This document shows positions 1 through 13,000 of a stretch of DNA of 64,000 bases, piece after piece. The notes under the pieces were generated by a model that had not been told where the DNA came from, did no database searches, and was given only the letters and a program-made list of their open reading frames with translations. The position numbers and the translations under genes are program-made. This DNA comes from Paragordius varius (taxonomy: Eukaryota > Animalia > Nematomorpha). Positions within the stretch are counted from its first letter, which is position 1; the number at the start of each line of letters is the position of its first letter. The stretch spans positions 11,160,001 to 11,224,000 of the forward strand of contig OZ176050.1 of assembly GCA_964247055.1 (NCBI GenBank). The letters run 5' to 3'.

Positions 1-1812
1 GGCGTTTTAATATCCGAACTGCTATATTATTACAAACATATATCACGTTTTGGGTTAAATACCAATTTGAATGATTACGATTTTTTGTGGGAATGAAAAT
101 TAATTTATAGTTAAAAATGTGTGCAAATCAATATATGCATCATGCTACAACATCATTCCATTTATATTTTATATAAAACAAATTAAATGCGTTATATTAT
201 ATAAATTTATATTATTCATAAAAATAAATATTTTTTACATTTATTTTTGAATATTGATAAAACATATTCTTTTGGAATCTGAGAAGCGGTTTACATGTCG
301 ATTAATTATGGTAAATAATTGAAGCAAATCATCCGAATTATTGAAATTACTTGGGTTATTTGGAAATGTGATGGAATCATATTTTGAGTCTCAGCCAAAA
401 TTCGCACAAGCCCCTTTAAAAAAAGTGGAATTGCGCAAGAGATATATATATATATATATATTTGTATATTATAAAATAAAATTCCTATGTCGTGAAAACT
501 ATACTTCACATGTCTTCAGATTATGGCTCATTCGGTGTAAAATTTTGAATACTTGTTTACGGTTTTTATAATGAGCTTCATCGGTTTCCTCCGTTACAAA
601 CATATAATATATACCGCTGTTCTTTAACAACCTTCTGACAATTAAAAACAGATTGTGTTGCATTACTTTGATACCCCTAGTCCATTAATCACTTCTCTAA
701 TACTTCTATTTTAGCATGCCAAAAGCTGTTAGGTTTAGGAGCCGGGCATATCAAGAAAAAAATGGCAATATTATGGTCATTTTTAAAATTATTAAAAACC
801 GAATGAAAGTGCCCCTGATATTTAATTTTAAAAAACCATTTGTGCAAATATAACTAAATTTTTAAGCTCCCTATGGTTTTGTTGTAAGGATTTGGAATGC
901 CCTTGCAGTACATAATTTTAAGCCAAAAAAATTTGAGGGTCGCGTTCCACATAAGGAATATTGACCCAACTTAATGATTTTAAACAGTGAGCTGTTTTTA
1001 AAGAATTTTTGTTGTAAATTTATTTATTATCAAAATGGCTAATTTCAATAATACATAAATGTACGAGCTTGTTTTGAGATTAATCAAAGACCAAATGTAA
1101 AAAATAGGAGTTTTGATCAAAAGTTATTGGAAAATTCCGTAAAATTTTTTTAGCGAGTTTGAAAATTTTTTTTTAAATAAATAACAGATTTGTCAGAAGA
1201 GTTATACACTAAATAACTTTAAAAACATATTATATACCCGTTCGGTACTCGAAAATGTTAATCTTTTTAATTATTTTAAACCTCAAATGGATAATTAACC
1301 TTAATTTTACATTTATGAAACAAAATTTTTTTTATTTTGCATTATATACTTACAAAGCTAAATTTATCAGGCACTTAACGGGTTACTATACTGGCAGCAA
1401 TCTATTTCGTAGATATGGAAGCTGGTTCAAAAAAACGACCTGGTTAGAAGAGATTGGGACATTGATACTCAAACCGAGGCCCTTAAAGATCTTTTTATGG
1501 CCCCGAATTAAATTTTTATTACTTTTATTATTTAATTGCTTAAAAATAATAATTTTAAATTTTTTACAATAATCATTTCAATGCTTAAAATATGTTTTTT
1601 AATCAATTATGGAATTTTGATGAATATAATTTCTGGTTTTTTCTTTGAAACTCATCTTCTGTTTTGATCATACGCATCGTGTTAAAGAATTTATCGATCA
1701 TAATGATTTTAGTTTAGGAGAAATATGTAAAGATAGCAAAGGACAAGGGTGTATTGAGTTTAATAAAGATAATATGTTTTAGTATATATTCATTGTTTTT
1801 TTCTCAACTTAC

Positions 1813-1890
1813 CTGGAGGCGGCCTATTTTAAAGGAGATATGATAAAAGACATAGGTATATGGTGGATTGGTCTGTTTTAATAACCAGAT
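1813..1890 (-). CDS. Probable internal exon of an unidentified gene (IWLLKQTNPPYTYVFYHISFKIGRLQ)
   Basis: Flanked by a strong acceptor (TTTTTTACAG) and donor (CAG|GTAAGT), 78 nt, with only the phase-0 frame open. Neighbouring exons could not be chained and the product is unknown. Confidence 0.4.
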
Positions 1891-2489
1891 CTGTAAAAAA
1901 TTATTAGTTTATATTAGGTTAAGTTTATTAGAAAATGTTAAATATTTGCATAAACTGCAAAATATTTTGGTGCACCGATTTAAGTTATAAGTGTCCACAT
2001 AGTATTATGTAATATTGTGTTTTATATTTTCAGCCTTTTAACAAAAAATCATTTTTTTCGGCCCAGCAAATCTTTTTAGTGGATACCACTGGATTAACAT
2101 TTAGCTTCTCCTAATAATGCCCATACAAAAATATTCCATAAAGCAAAAGCACTCACTATAAATTATAAAGGGCTGCAATAAATATTTATCTTGTCTCAAA
2201 GGCTGTGCACCATATTTTACGGATAAACAGATATCTAAACTCAAAATAGGTACACCAAAATATTTAAAAAATAACACAGAGCCGTAAAAAGATATTTTTG
2301 GGGTCGCATGCGACATGTGGGCTGCGGTTTGACTACAACTGCTATAAGCTATGTATTTGTGATTTTGCATGTTCAGCACGTATTTGGATGTGTTTTTACT
2401 GAGTCATATATAAGAATATACGCTTAAACTCCATTATCACATCGGTATAATAAAATATATATATATATCTGTCATTAGGGCTGATTTAA

Positions 2490-3052
2490 CACTTCGATTC
2501 TATTTGGGGTATTTAAATACCCCAATTTTCAATTGATATTGGTAAAAAACTACGGAAAGAAATGGTCCCAATTTGAATTTATGCTTCTATCCCGACAAAA
2601 ATTATATAAATAAACTTAATTATTCAAATAAAATTTAGTTTTGTAGAAAAGATTTCGTCTCAAACTATCGCCATTTTTTTACAACATTTTTGCAATATAT
2701 CGTGTTTGTTTGATTCTAAGCCTGTAATTAAGTTTAATTTTTTATTAAAAACATTCAACATTAATAAAATCTGAAAAAAGGTTATATGTTGCATTATTAT
2801 TACATTTAGCTTATGCACCCATGTCATGTTGGCCAAATTTTAACCTAGAGGTTGTTTCTGAATAAGTAATATGAAGTATTTTTGAATGAATGTTTTATTA
2901 TATTTCGGTACAGTAATGTTATATAAGTGCAAACTTTTGCAATGGTTCAATTTATTCCATTTTTTTAAAATATCCAATTTTGAACAAGCCTGGGGTATCT
3001 AACTACGCCAATTTGAATCGAAGTATTGAAATAAATGCGTTGTATCCAAGTG
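2490..3052 (-). mobile_element. TTAA-flanked (piggyBac-like) MITE, family P copy 1
   Basis: TTAA|CACTTCGATTC...GTATCCAAGTG|TTAA; reverse orientation relative to the other three copies, ~563 bp. Confidence 0.85.
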
Positions 3053-3118
3053 TTAAAAAATATTTATGGGTATATCTTGAACTGGTTTCAGAAAGTTTGC
3101 ATATGTTAGAAAAGCAGC

Positions 3119-6100
3119 ATGTTTAAAAATATTGTCCGTCGGATTTCAGGTAGTTAATTTGGCTAAAATTTAGATATTGGTTATATACCACAAAAGTTTG
3201 ATTTAACAAAAACACTAAATGTCCCTCGTCAAGCTTGGATTCAGACTCTAAAAAATGTAGAAGATGAAAAATTAGGACTAATTGATTTGAACCCAAATAT
3301 ATTTTCTGCAATGCCACGGTATATCTTTATGAATTACATTTAAGGCTAGATATAATAAAGCTTAATGTAGTTTGGCAACTAAATTATCGAAACATAGTAA
3401 TTTTGTTATATTTAATTTAAAGGATTTTAAAAATGCGCTTTCAGTGCCTGAATGTAAAGGCTCTATGCGGAAACCATGGCCACAAAAGGGCACCGGCAGA
3501 GCTCGTGCCGCCAACCGTAAAGGAAATATATGGTTAAAAGGTTTTGTACACATTTATAATGCATGCCTATTTTGTTATTTGTTAAACTCCATGCGGCTTA
3601 TACCATTTAAATACTTAAGATTTTACCCCAATAAGTTTCATGATATTGGATTGATTCAATAATATGCAATTCATGGTTAAGCGGCACAGACGACAACTTT
3701 TGTGTTCGACTAGGCTTTTAATTGCTTTATTATATTACAGTCATGTATCCTTTATTTTATCAAAAATTTATTTTTTTTCGTTTAATGGGTTTAAATATTT
3801 GGTAGAGAATGGAAAAAACAAGAGTTCTATGGAAATTCTTTTAATTTTTCGATGAATATGATATTGTTAATACCATAGAGTTCTTGTTTTTTCTATTCCT
3901 TAACAAATATTTAAACCCAACGAAAGAAATTGATAAAATAAAGGATACATGACTGTAAATCCCGATTTTATTTTAAATCAAAGTTGAAAGTTATTTTAAC
4001 ATTAAATACCGAATGCTAAAAATTAAAAATATTTAAGGGTTGGTTAAAAATTCATATCTTTCGAAAGCGCTCAACCAACGAATGGTAATATGTAATATTT
4101 TATTGTTGTTTAAAAATTGGTGTAGTATGGTACGAACCAATTTCAACCTAAGAAAATACCTACCTACTTTTATAAATAAAATAAATATTAAGTTTTATCA
4201 TTGAAAAAATCTTTGAATCATTTTTTAGTGAAATCTTAATATAAAACAATAGTCTTAGATTTATTATGAAAATATTTTTAATTACAAGAAAAAAAAACAT
4301 AAAAATTAAAAAACAATTTAATAAGAGAATAACTGTTAAAACCAGGAGTGTTCAACAAAATGTCTTAGCTGGACGAATTTGCGACTTAAAAAATCTGTCA
4401 GGCCGCATTCGAAATATATATGGGCATTGGCATAATTGAGAGAATTACGCATTATATCTTATGAAATTTATTTAAAATTAAGTTAAAATGCGTATATTAT
4501 AATATACAAATAGCAATTTTTTCTAGTTTAAATGGGTTGACTTAATTAGTTAAGAAATATAAATTTATTAAGATTTGTGCGCATATTTTTCTAATATTTG
4601 GATTTTCGAATTTTTCCCGGGCGGCACAATTTTTTTGACCTATTATTTCAAGAATTACAAAATATAAATATAAATTATTGGTCAAGGTTAGAAAAATCAA
4701 AAAGAGTACACAGATGTTTATATTAAAAATGTTTGTTTTATAGTTTTTACGTTTTGTTTACATAATTTTTACTGTGAATATACCCTTTTTGTTTAGAAAT
4801 TTAATTTTGAATCTAATATTTTACAAATTTTGGTATAAATTCCGATAAATTATTTATATATATAATAGGTGGTAAATCCCATGGGCCACGCTCACCAAAA
4901 TCCAAATTTTATATGATTGATAATGGGACTCGTTTAAAAGGTTTGTTGAGCACATTATCCATCAAATTTGCTCAGGTATACTAACATTGTTTTGGCAATT
5001 AATCAAAAATATTTTTTCAACAATTTTATGTACTATTTAAATGTTTATCGCATTGATTAATTTATGTGTTTTGGTTTTCAATAAAATTATTAATATTGAT
5101 TTCTTTTTACCATTTTTTATTACCACTAACTTTATTGGTAAAAAAAATTGGCCATAAAAAGAGGTTCATTTCAGGATATAAATTTTTCATGTGTGATAAT
5201 ATACCAAAATGAATTGTTTTATTAAATTAACCGTTCTAAAATATGAATAAAATGATAAATGTAATACATATCTTTCTCTAAAAAATCCTGCCGAGTGCAC
5301 AAATATATTTTAATTTACATTCTAACGTTATTTATGTTAAAAAGCTAATAACAAGTTTAAGTTAGATTAAAAATATATAATGCATTAGGATGATATACAT
5401 ATTGTGGATGATTTGGAAATTCCATATGATGATCCTGAGGTATCTTTTAACTTCATATATTTAGACACTAAAACGCGTCATTGATGAACGTGATTGGGGT
5501 TTATCTGTCCTATTTGTTGATACGTAAGTTTTTTTTATCTTATCAATTTATTTTACCCGGAAATTTTTATTTTACTAATATTGTGTATTTGTTTTTTTGT
5601 CATGTGAATTTTTAGGAATTAACCTTGATTTCTTTACTGTATTAATTTAAAATTGATATAAATTATTATATTTATAATTACTTTAATTTTTTTTAAATGT
5701 ATGCAAATAGGACTGATTATATGCCAAGAAATATCGCCTTTGCCTGTCACCAAATTCCACAATTCAATTTACTCCCCCTATATGGTATATTTTTGGTGTA
5801 TAACGTTTAAATTTTGTAGCCTTTACCGTTATGTATCCAAAAAAACGGTGCCGGAACGGGTTCATGGCTACAAAATTGACGTTTTTAGTTTTACTTTTTT
5901 ATAAATTTTATAAATTATTTGAATCATAAAAGTATATTTTAAGTTGTGAAATGAAGCACGGAATATATTTTTTGCACTTTTATAATATGCACATTTATTT
6001 TTATTCATTTAAAATTATGTTATCATCTATAAAAAATGAAAATATATCAAAACTATTATTGAGACAAAATTGGAACAAGACAAATGTTTTTATAAAAATT

Positions 6101-6331
6101 CTTTGGATAGGAAATCATTTTTTGTAACCGTTTTAAATCCCTTTCTTTTATTTGTTTTTAGGTTTAAACATACTCATGATGCTTAAACATGAAGGAATAG
6201 TTTTTACACTTTCAGCCATACAAGAGTTGGAACGAAAACTTTTAGCTTATCAAAGCCGCCCCTTGATAAACCAACCATATCAACTGCGTGAAGATACAAT
6301 AGATAATGAACCAAATAAATATGAATATTAG
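3119..6331 (+). CDS. MRPL4: 39S mitochondrial ribosomal protein L4 (uL4m), 9 exons, ~268 aa
   Basis: Exons 3119-3149, 3174-3318, 3345-3396, 3423-3540, 4869-4975, 5389-5439, 5465-5523, 5711-5784, 6162-6331 join to 807 nt with all GT-AG introns. Translation: MFKNIVRRIS...RQAWIQTL...LGLIDLNPNIFSAMPRLDII...RKPWPQKGTGRAR...GGKSHGPRSPK...DDIHIVDDLEIP...WGLSVLFVD...GLNILMMLKHE, matching the uL4 family. Exon 1 is inferred as a targeting peptide and is less certain. Confidence 0.96.
3738..3955. mobile_element. TA-flanked foldback MITE (Tc1/mariner-like ends) in MRPL4 intron 4
   Basis: TA|CAGTCATGTATCCTTTATTTTATCAA...TTGATAAAATAAAGGATACATGACTG|TA; the arms pair over ~90 bp. Confidence 0.88.
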
Positions 6332-6944
6332 TTTCATTTTACCATATATATATATTATGTCATATAGAGATATTGAAATAAATTGAGACAAAATAGTGCG
6401 CAAGCTTTTATAATGCCTAATATAACTTAGTATAGCGGCCAATTTGACATGGTTAATATTGTTTGCTTTTATATTACAATGTTCCCCTATTGTACATTTT
6501 CTTTCTTTTATGATTTGGCCTAAACCAAAATTACAGATTTGAGAAAATATAGTTTTATCCCTAAATATGCCTTTATCGATAATGTAGAATTTAACATTGC
6601 ATTAAGCATAGAAATTATGGCATTTATTTTCTTAGAAAATGCTAAATTTATATCTAGTTTTAATATATATAAGCGGTGTATTAAAACACGGGATTCATAA
6701 ACAAAGTCTCTATGGCCAATTGCTTGTAATCATTATAAAAATTTGGATTAATGTATAAATTTTTTTGAGATACGGTAGACTAGATGTCCATAAATACGCT
6801 CCATTCGACTAGTTTTTTTTTAAAGTTAAAAAATCGTGGTATCACATATCGCTGTTATATTTTTTTTATTAATAATTCCCGATATAATAAAACGTATTGT
6901 TTATTCTGATTTACGGTTTAGTGTCTCCTGTATATCATTTAGAG

Positions 6945-8781
6945 CAGTGATACTCAAACCGCGGGCCGCATGCGGCCCTAAGAGTGCTTTAAAATTGCCC
7001 TATGACCATATTGAGACTTAAATTATTTTTTTATTGTTGTACACATAACCAAATTTTCGCTTATTTTAAAATTAATTTATTTTCTTTAAAATTAATTTTG
7101 TTTTATTTTTACCCAATTTGAAATGTAGAAAAATTTCGCTACATTAAAATGATTTCAAAATTTTAGCATACGTTGTTTCTCTGTATTCTATTTTCTTTTC
7201 TACTTTGAAATTTTTATTCCATTCCTTTTTGTATTTAAGCAAGCATTTCACCCAAACTTCCATATACATATTCTTTTCATTCCTATCCTGCATCAATTTT
7301 AATAACTTATGTCCATAAAATATTTTTCATATCAAGATCATTAAATTTCGACCTGTTTTTTTATAGCATAATTCAAATTATATTCTTATTTTTTTGAGAA
7401 AAATTACATAATATTTAAAACATAAATTCAAAGGATGACATCTAATGGTAAAAAACGTAAATTATCCGATGAAAATCGTTCCTTTATAAAAGAATGGGAA
7501 AAAAATTTTTTTGTCGTTTTAAATAAAAATGTTGTTACCTGCCCCATATGTGAGGACAACATAATCAACGAGGAATATTTAAATTTTTTACCAATGAAGA
7601 ATACACGAAAGAAATCGATTTTCTCGAAATAATTAGAACTTTTTACGATAATAATGGTAATCTATAAAATTGGTTTCGATCTGCACAGATGGCTGTCCCT
7701 CTATGATTGGAATAAACAAAGAATTTATTCGTCTTTGAAAAAACAAAATAATTTGCAAAATATTTTATATTTTCCCTGCTTTATTCATCAGCAAAACTTG
7801 GTTTCGCGTGTAAAAGATGAATCACCCAATTCAGTAACTAAAACGTAGTGGATATAGTTAACCACATCCGTGGCAGAGAATTTAACCTCCGTTTAAAACA
7901 ACTTCTGAATATTAGCCTGCCTTTGCGACATTACTAAAATACAAGTCTTCAAGGGAGCAAAATAATAACCCAATTTGCTATTTAAATATTTGTTTTTGAA
8001 AAAAATTAATAATATATAAACAAGATTATATAAAGACACTCCCATATTTTCCAACACTTAAAACGATTCATGAAGAAAATATGGAATATACTGCGGAGAT
8101 TAATTTAATAACAGACAATCATTTAACATTTCTATCTAATGAGTTCAAATTTCGAGAAAGAAATATTTAAAAATTTCTTATAAGTCGTTGTCATGGTATA
8201 TGGATATATCCAATAGTAAGCAACTTGAACATTTAGGTTTTGATCAGGCGCATATCATAGAATTCATAGATTCTAAAAATTATTCTAATTCAGAGTCAAT
8301 ATTTAAGGAAATCGTAGCGAAGAAAGATGTGGGTTTTGGCAAGATGTGCCAAATAAATATGAAAATATAAAAATGTGTTCATGTTGTCTTAACTGTTTTT
8401 CCCTCAACTTACACGTGTGAGACGGCATATTCAAAAATGAAATATGTCAAGAATACATACATAAATCGCTTAACCGAATCAAATGGACGACACGTTAAGA
8501 TTGGCTTGTCATGAGGCGAAACCGAATTTGTCAAAAATTATTGGTTAATATCAAAATAAATATTATCAAAATATTTAAATTTTTTAAACTAAATGGTGCA
8601 AAACGCGTTTTTAGCTGGATACATGCGATCCGCAAAAAATTCATTGTGCTGATTTAGAGTTAAATATGTGCTTGCATATGTGTCAAATAGCTATGGAATA
8701 TTTGCCATATTCAGGTTCATGGCCCTTGAAAAAAAAATATATTTTATTTGGCCCGTCAAATTTTTTTGGTGAGTACCACTG
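6945..8781 (+). mobile_element. Buster/Charlie-type hAT DNA transposon, defective (copy A)
   Basis: TIRs CAGTGATACTCA...TGAGTACCACTG with a perfect 8-bp TSD ATTTAGAG (6937-6944, 8782-8789; central TA typical of Buster). Frameshifted transposase fragments MTSNGKKRKLSDENRSF..EW, LVSICTDGCPSM, CFIHQQNL, and a C-terminal STYTCE..YSKMK motif. Confidence 0.93.
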
Positions 8782-8943
8782 ATTTAGAGTGTTAAAATAA
8801 TTTATAACTGAATCTAGTTTCAAATTATTTGGATGTTTTCAACTTTGGTTTCGTATTCTGTGTTATCTATTCCAAAAATATTTTTTTAATGGGGCCAAAA
8901 ATAATTGAAACAATATTATATATCAACGAGTACTTTATACATA

Positions 8944-9121
8944 CAGTAAGCATTTTAATGGTTGCTTATTTTACACTATAGTAAGGCAATTCGCAACACA
9001 GGAGTGTATGGAAATAAGAAAGAAAATAATATTTTATTCAACATTTTGTTGTTCTGTTCCATACATTACTGTGTTGTTAATTGCCCTACTATAATGTAAA
9101 CAACCATTAAAATGCATACTG
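8944..9121. mobile_element. TA-flanked hairpin MITE, family C copy 1
   Basis: TA|CAGTAAGCATTTTAATGGTTG...CAACCATTAAAATGCATACTG|TA; a second copy lies at ~47847-48040. Confidence 0.85.
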
Positions 9122-10061
9122 TAAAAGATCCGAGTGATATTATTGTGTTTATTTTACACACATCTGTTAGTTATTATTTTTAACTATTTACCGTCGGTGA
9201 TGTAGAAATTGACAAAAAAACAACCGTTTATGTGCCGCTACCATAACCGAAAGACATGAAATAGGGTTTTCAACTTTATAACAAAAGCAAAATTACTAAT
9301 AAATTGTATGCACAATATATTTAAAACCTGTACTGTAGATAAAATTTACTAAAAGGTAATAATTGGATTTTCAAAAAACATCAGTTTGCTTTTGTTTGAT
9401 ACGGCCAGCTTTTTTTAAACGGTAGTTGATCTGATAAGCTTCTTTTACAAGTGATAATAAAATTTAGGTACTTGCTATTTTTAACCGTTGGTATAGATTT
9501 ATGGAGCATTTGAGTGTAAATAAAATAAAATAATTAATTTTTCGTTGTAATTTAATTGTTGCTAAAATAAAATTAGTACAATTCGAAAATATGAGGTGTT
9601 ATGCAATTATTTTTAATTTATTTTTATATATCGAAATATTTAGCTCATACTTTAATACACATACCAATTATGCATAATAAAATATTTTTGAAGGTTTTTT
9701 CAAAAAACTAACCAATCAATTAATAAATAATGTATATATATAAATAAATATATCGTTAAGCTATCAAAACTATTTAGATTGGGCATTAAGTATATTATTT
9801 AACACATAACATGTATGTTTACCTATACGCCAGCCATTTAAACAAATAAAATTAAGATGAAAAAAAAACTATTTTTGTGTAATAAAGCATTCGATCGCGA
9901 AATACGCGAAAAATCGTTTAAATTTATTGATGTGTTATTTCAAGAAAATAAAGTTTGAAGGTAAACTACGCATAACATATTTAATGTTATAATTAAATAA
10001 ATCTTTGAATTATATATTATATTTTTAAAATTTATTTTTATTTTTGATAACAAACATATTA

Positions 10062-13000
10062 ATGTTGATTCGACGTTTCCGATTCTTTACCTTTATTAAA
10101 TCTCAGTTTGATCGTATACTTAATATTTGTTTGATCGCAGGCTTATTATATTTGTCATCATATAAATTGTTAAATATCCGAAAATATCGACCCTCCTTGA
10201 ATTTATCTTCAATTGTTAACGTACAAATTTTTAAAAGCTTTGGGCAGAGAGAAATTCCTATGGCTAATAATGACACGATAATTTCAACATCAACAACATT
10301 AAAAAATTACACATATAAAGTTTCAAAAACTTTTTTGAATGCCATACAAAACGAATTGAATGGTTCATTGGGTGACCTATGTAAAAAAGGTCAAAAAACT
10401 CATAATATCCTAATCATAGCTGAGCCAAAATTGCATGGGCTTCAAATTTCGCTGGAAGAATTTTTTTCATATTTACACATAAATTATCGGAATGTACAAC
10501 AGGACATTCTGTTTCCAATAATACGATCTGAAATGTATTCTAATGCTTCCATTTCTGTCAACCAACATTCCAACATAATAGAGGATTGGTTCAAAAATTT
10601 GTCGCACTATCTCCAAACCCGTATGTTACTCGATTCCGAATGTTTTGACATAATCTTATTTGAAAATAATAGTTATTATGACTTATTCCTATCATATTTG
10701 CTTAATGAATATGGCCATTTAATTAATCTATCTCAGCCAGTTACATCGAATATAGACATAACGAAAGGGCTATCTGTTTATTTAAATTATTTTTGGAATT
10801 ACATGAATGAATTACAGACTAAAATTATCGTCTTTGATGTTGGATTTTCCTTATATCGAGTATAATTACTTTTATTATCAACTTTAATAAATTTTATCCC
10901 TGAAGTATTATTTTACAAAAAGGTCTTTTCTACTACCTAATAAATATGCCGGCCGTAAGTATAGTTTATAAGACACTAATGTTCGGATTTTTTAACAGGT
11001 ATAAATAAATTATAATAAAAATCGGAATGAAGAAATTTTTGGGATTCAAACCGGATTTTCCTTTGCTTTTCGCATAAACGATTTCTAATAGCGAAACATA
11101 TGATGATTTCTAATGCATTCAATTACCCTCTAATCAAACATAATTTAGAAAAACCAGCCACTACCATTAAATAAAAAAGAAAATAAGATAAAAATAAAGT
11201 TTGACGAACATTTTTACGATAGGAAAATTAAGAAATAAAATATATTGTGAGGCTCTCCATACATTTTTTACGGGAGAAATTTTTAGGTGTTCGAAGTTGT
11301 TTAAAAATAAAGATTTTTTGGTGTTTGTTAAAATATATGTTTTATAACATTTTTATCTGATGATATTAGGTAAAAAACCCTAATAAATGAATATAATTAA
11401 ACTCTGAAATTAACATAAAATATTTATTATTTGTTACTAAACACTGTAAATTTTGTTTTATATAAGCCATTTGTTTGTTTTTTTGCAAAATTACCAAAAG
11501 TTGATCTATTGCAATTTTTGGTCGATCTTTTAAAAATAATATTTTTTTTGTTTTAAACAAAGATTCCTTCAGTATAAATCTTGAGGAAGTGTAACCAGAA
11601 CCGGGCTGGTTCCAACCCAACGGAACACTTTCCGGTTTAAGTTCACTCTGATTTTTATTTTTAATATTTTAACTATGGTTTATAAAAAATAATAATTGAA
11701 CGTAAAACAGTCATATTTAAATTTTATGTATTGAAGATATTATTATCAAAGATGTCTTTATATGAGGCTGATAGCAAAATATGAGACATTTTGACTATAA
11801 AAAATAATTTAAATGATTATTGACACAGGTTAGTCGGTTATAAAGTGTCTCACTAAGAACTCTAGTTAAACCTAATTCCGCAGTTAAAAACGGTTTTAGC
11901 TAGTTAAATAATTCCGTTTATTACAAATTAACCATTATCGGTATTAAATACTTTTACTGAATTCCACCCATGGTTAACGCTTGGGTACATATCAGGGAAA
12001 AAGGGCCATATATGCAAAATTTCATTTTAATATTTATTTATTATGCTAGAATTTGTTCAAAAAAATCCCAGCAAGGTTGGTTAACGATATTCATTTAAAT
12101 TATTCCTGTTTTAAAACTGGTTTAATCAAAAATTTAACCCTTACACATCAAGATTACGCGTCAAAAATTCGTAAAATATCTTTCAATGGCTTGCGCATAA
12201 ATCCTGTCATTCCTTACCACACCGTTATGTACAGTGAGAATTCAAACCTAAAAAATCCTTTCATACCCATAATAATAAGATTACACGAGATAAATAGATT
12301 CAAATATAAGACATCAATCAATGATTTAAAACAAAAATTAGCAAATGCTTTCAGCAAGGATACATTTATATTGGCTGTAAGCATAAATGATTGGTTTACC
12401 ATGTTTACATTTTATGATTTGTTTGTCCAACAATTAAATTTAACCTTCACCAATGCTGATAAATCAAAACGCTTGCGCCATCTTATCGATCGCAATAGAT
12501 ACGTAGCCGTTGATATAGACGATGTCTTTGTGGGTCGAACAGATCCCACTATAAATGATATTAAAGTTTATATATAATTTAAATTTAAATAACGCAAAAT
12601 AAAGGTGGCGAAACATCTTTTGAGGTTGGTAAGTATTCAAATGGGTTTTTGTTAATTTTCGATAATTCAGAAGATTTGTCGTAAGTAAATGTAAGAAATT
12701 TTTCAATCATTTTATTTTTTAAGTACCGTATAACAGCGTTTTACTTATAATTTAGCTATAATTACTAAAATTACTTTTTTCTAACTAAATTAATAAAAAC
12801 ATTACAAAATTTTGGTATAAATATACCATTAACATATTAATTAGTACTGAACTAAATTAGAAGCGATTTCTAATATCAATAGATTTTTTTGACATATTAT
12901 TTAATTTGCTGACCTATTTTATTCAACAGAATTTGTATCAAAGTCAAATTCTCATTTCTTCCATGGTACCGAACTTTCGTTATCACCTTGGATATTCGGG

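Noticed and set aside
250-571. Alternative genetic code or TGA readthrough suggested by single stops in long frames
   Set aside because: All five reconstructed genes translate cleanly with the standard code and end in TAA, TAG or TGA; apparent internal stops fall inside micro-introns.
490-1520. MGST3/MAPEG gene (FTCLQ..AH, GYYTG)
   Set aside because: In-frame stops interrupt the putative motif, no hydrophobic TM4 follows and no consistent splice path exists; kept only as a hint in the unresolved-region finding.
4343-4640. Further hAT-like MITE ends (also ~40012-40060)
   Set aside because: Only one recognisable end each and no TSD; too decayed to call.
5440-5464. U12-type intron (GTATCTTT resembles the minor 5' splice site)
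   Set aside because: The only branch-like motif (TTTTAAC) overlaps the donor and 25 nt leaves no room; more simply one of the AT-rich micro-introns.
8790-9260. Small minus-strand gene interrupted by hAT copy A
   Set aside because: Rejoining the flanks gives only a ~30-codon frame with a stop immediately upstream and no compatible splice site.
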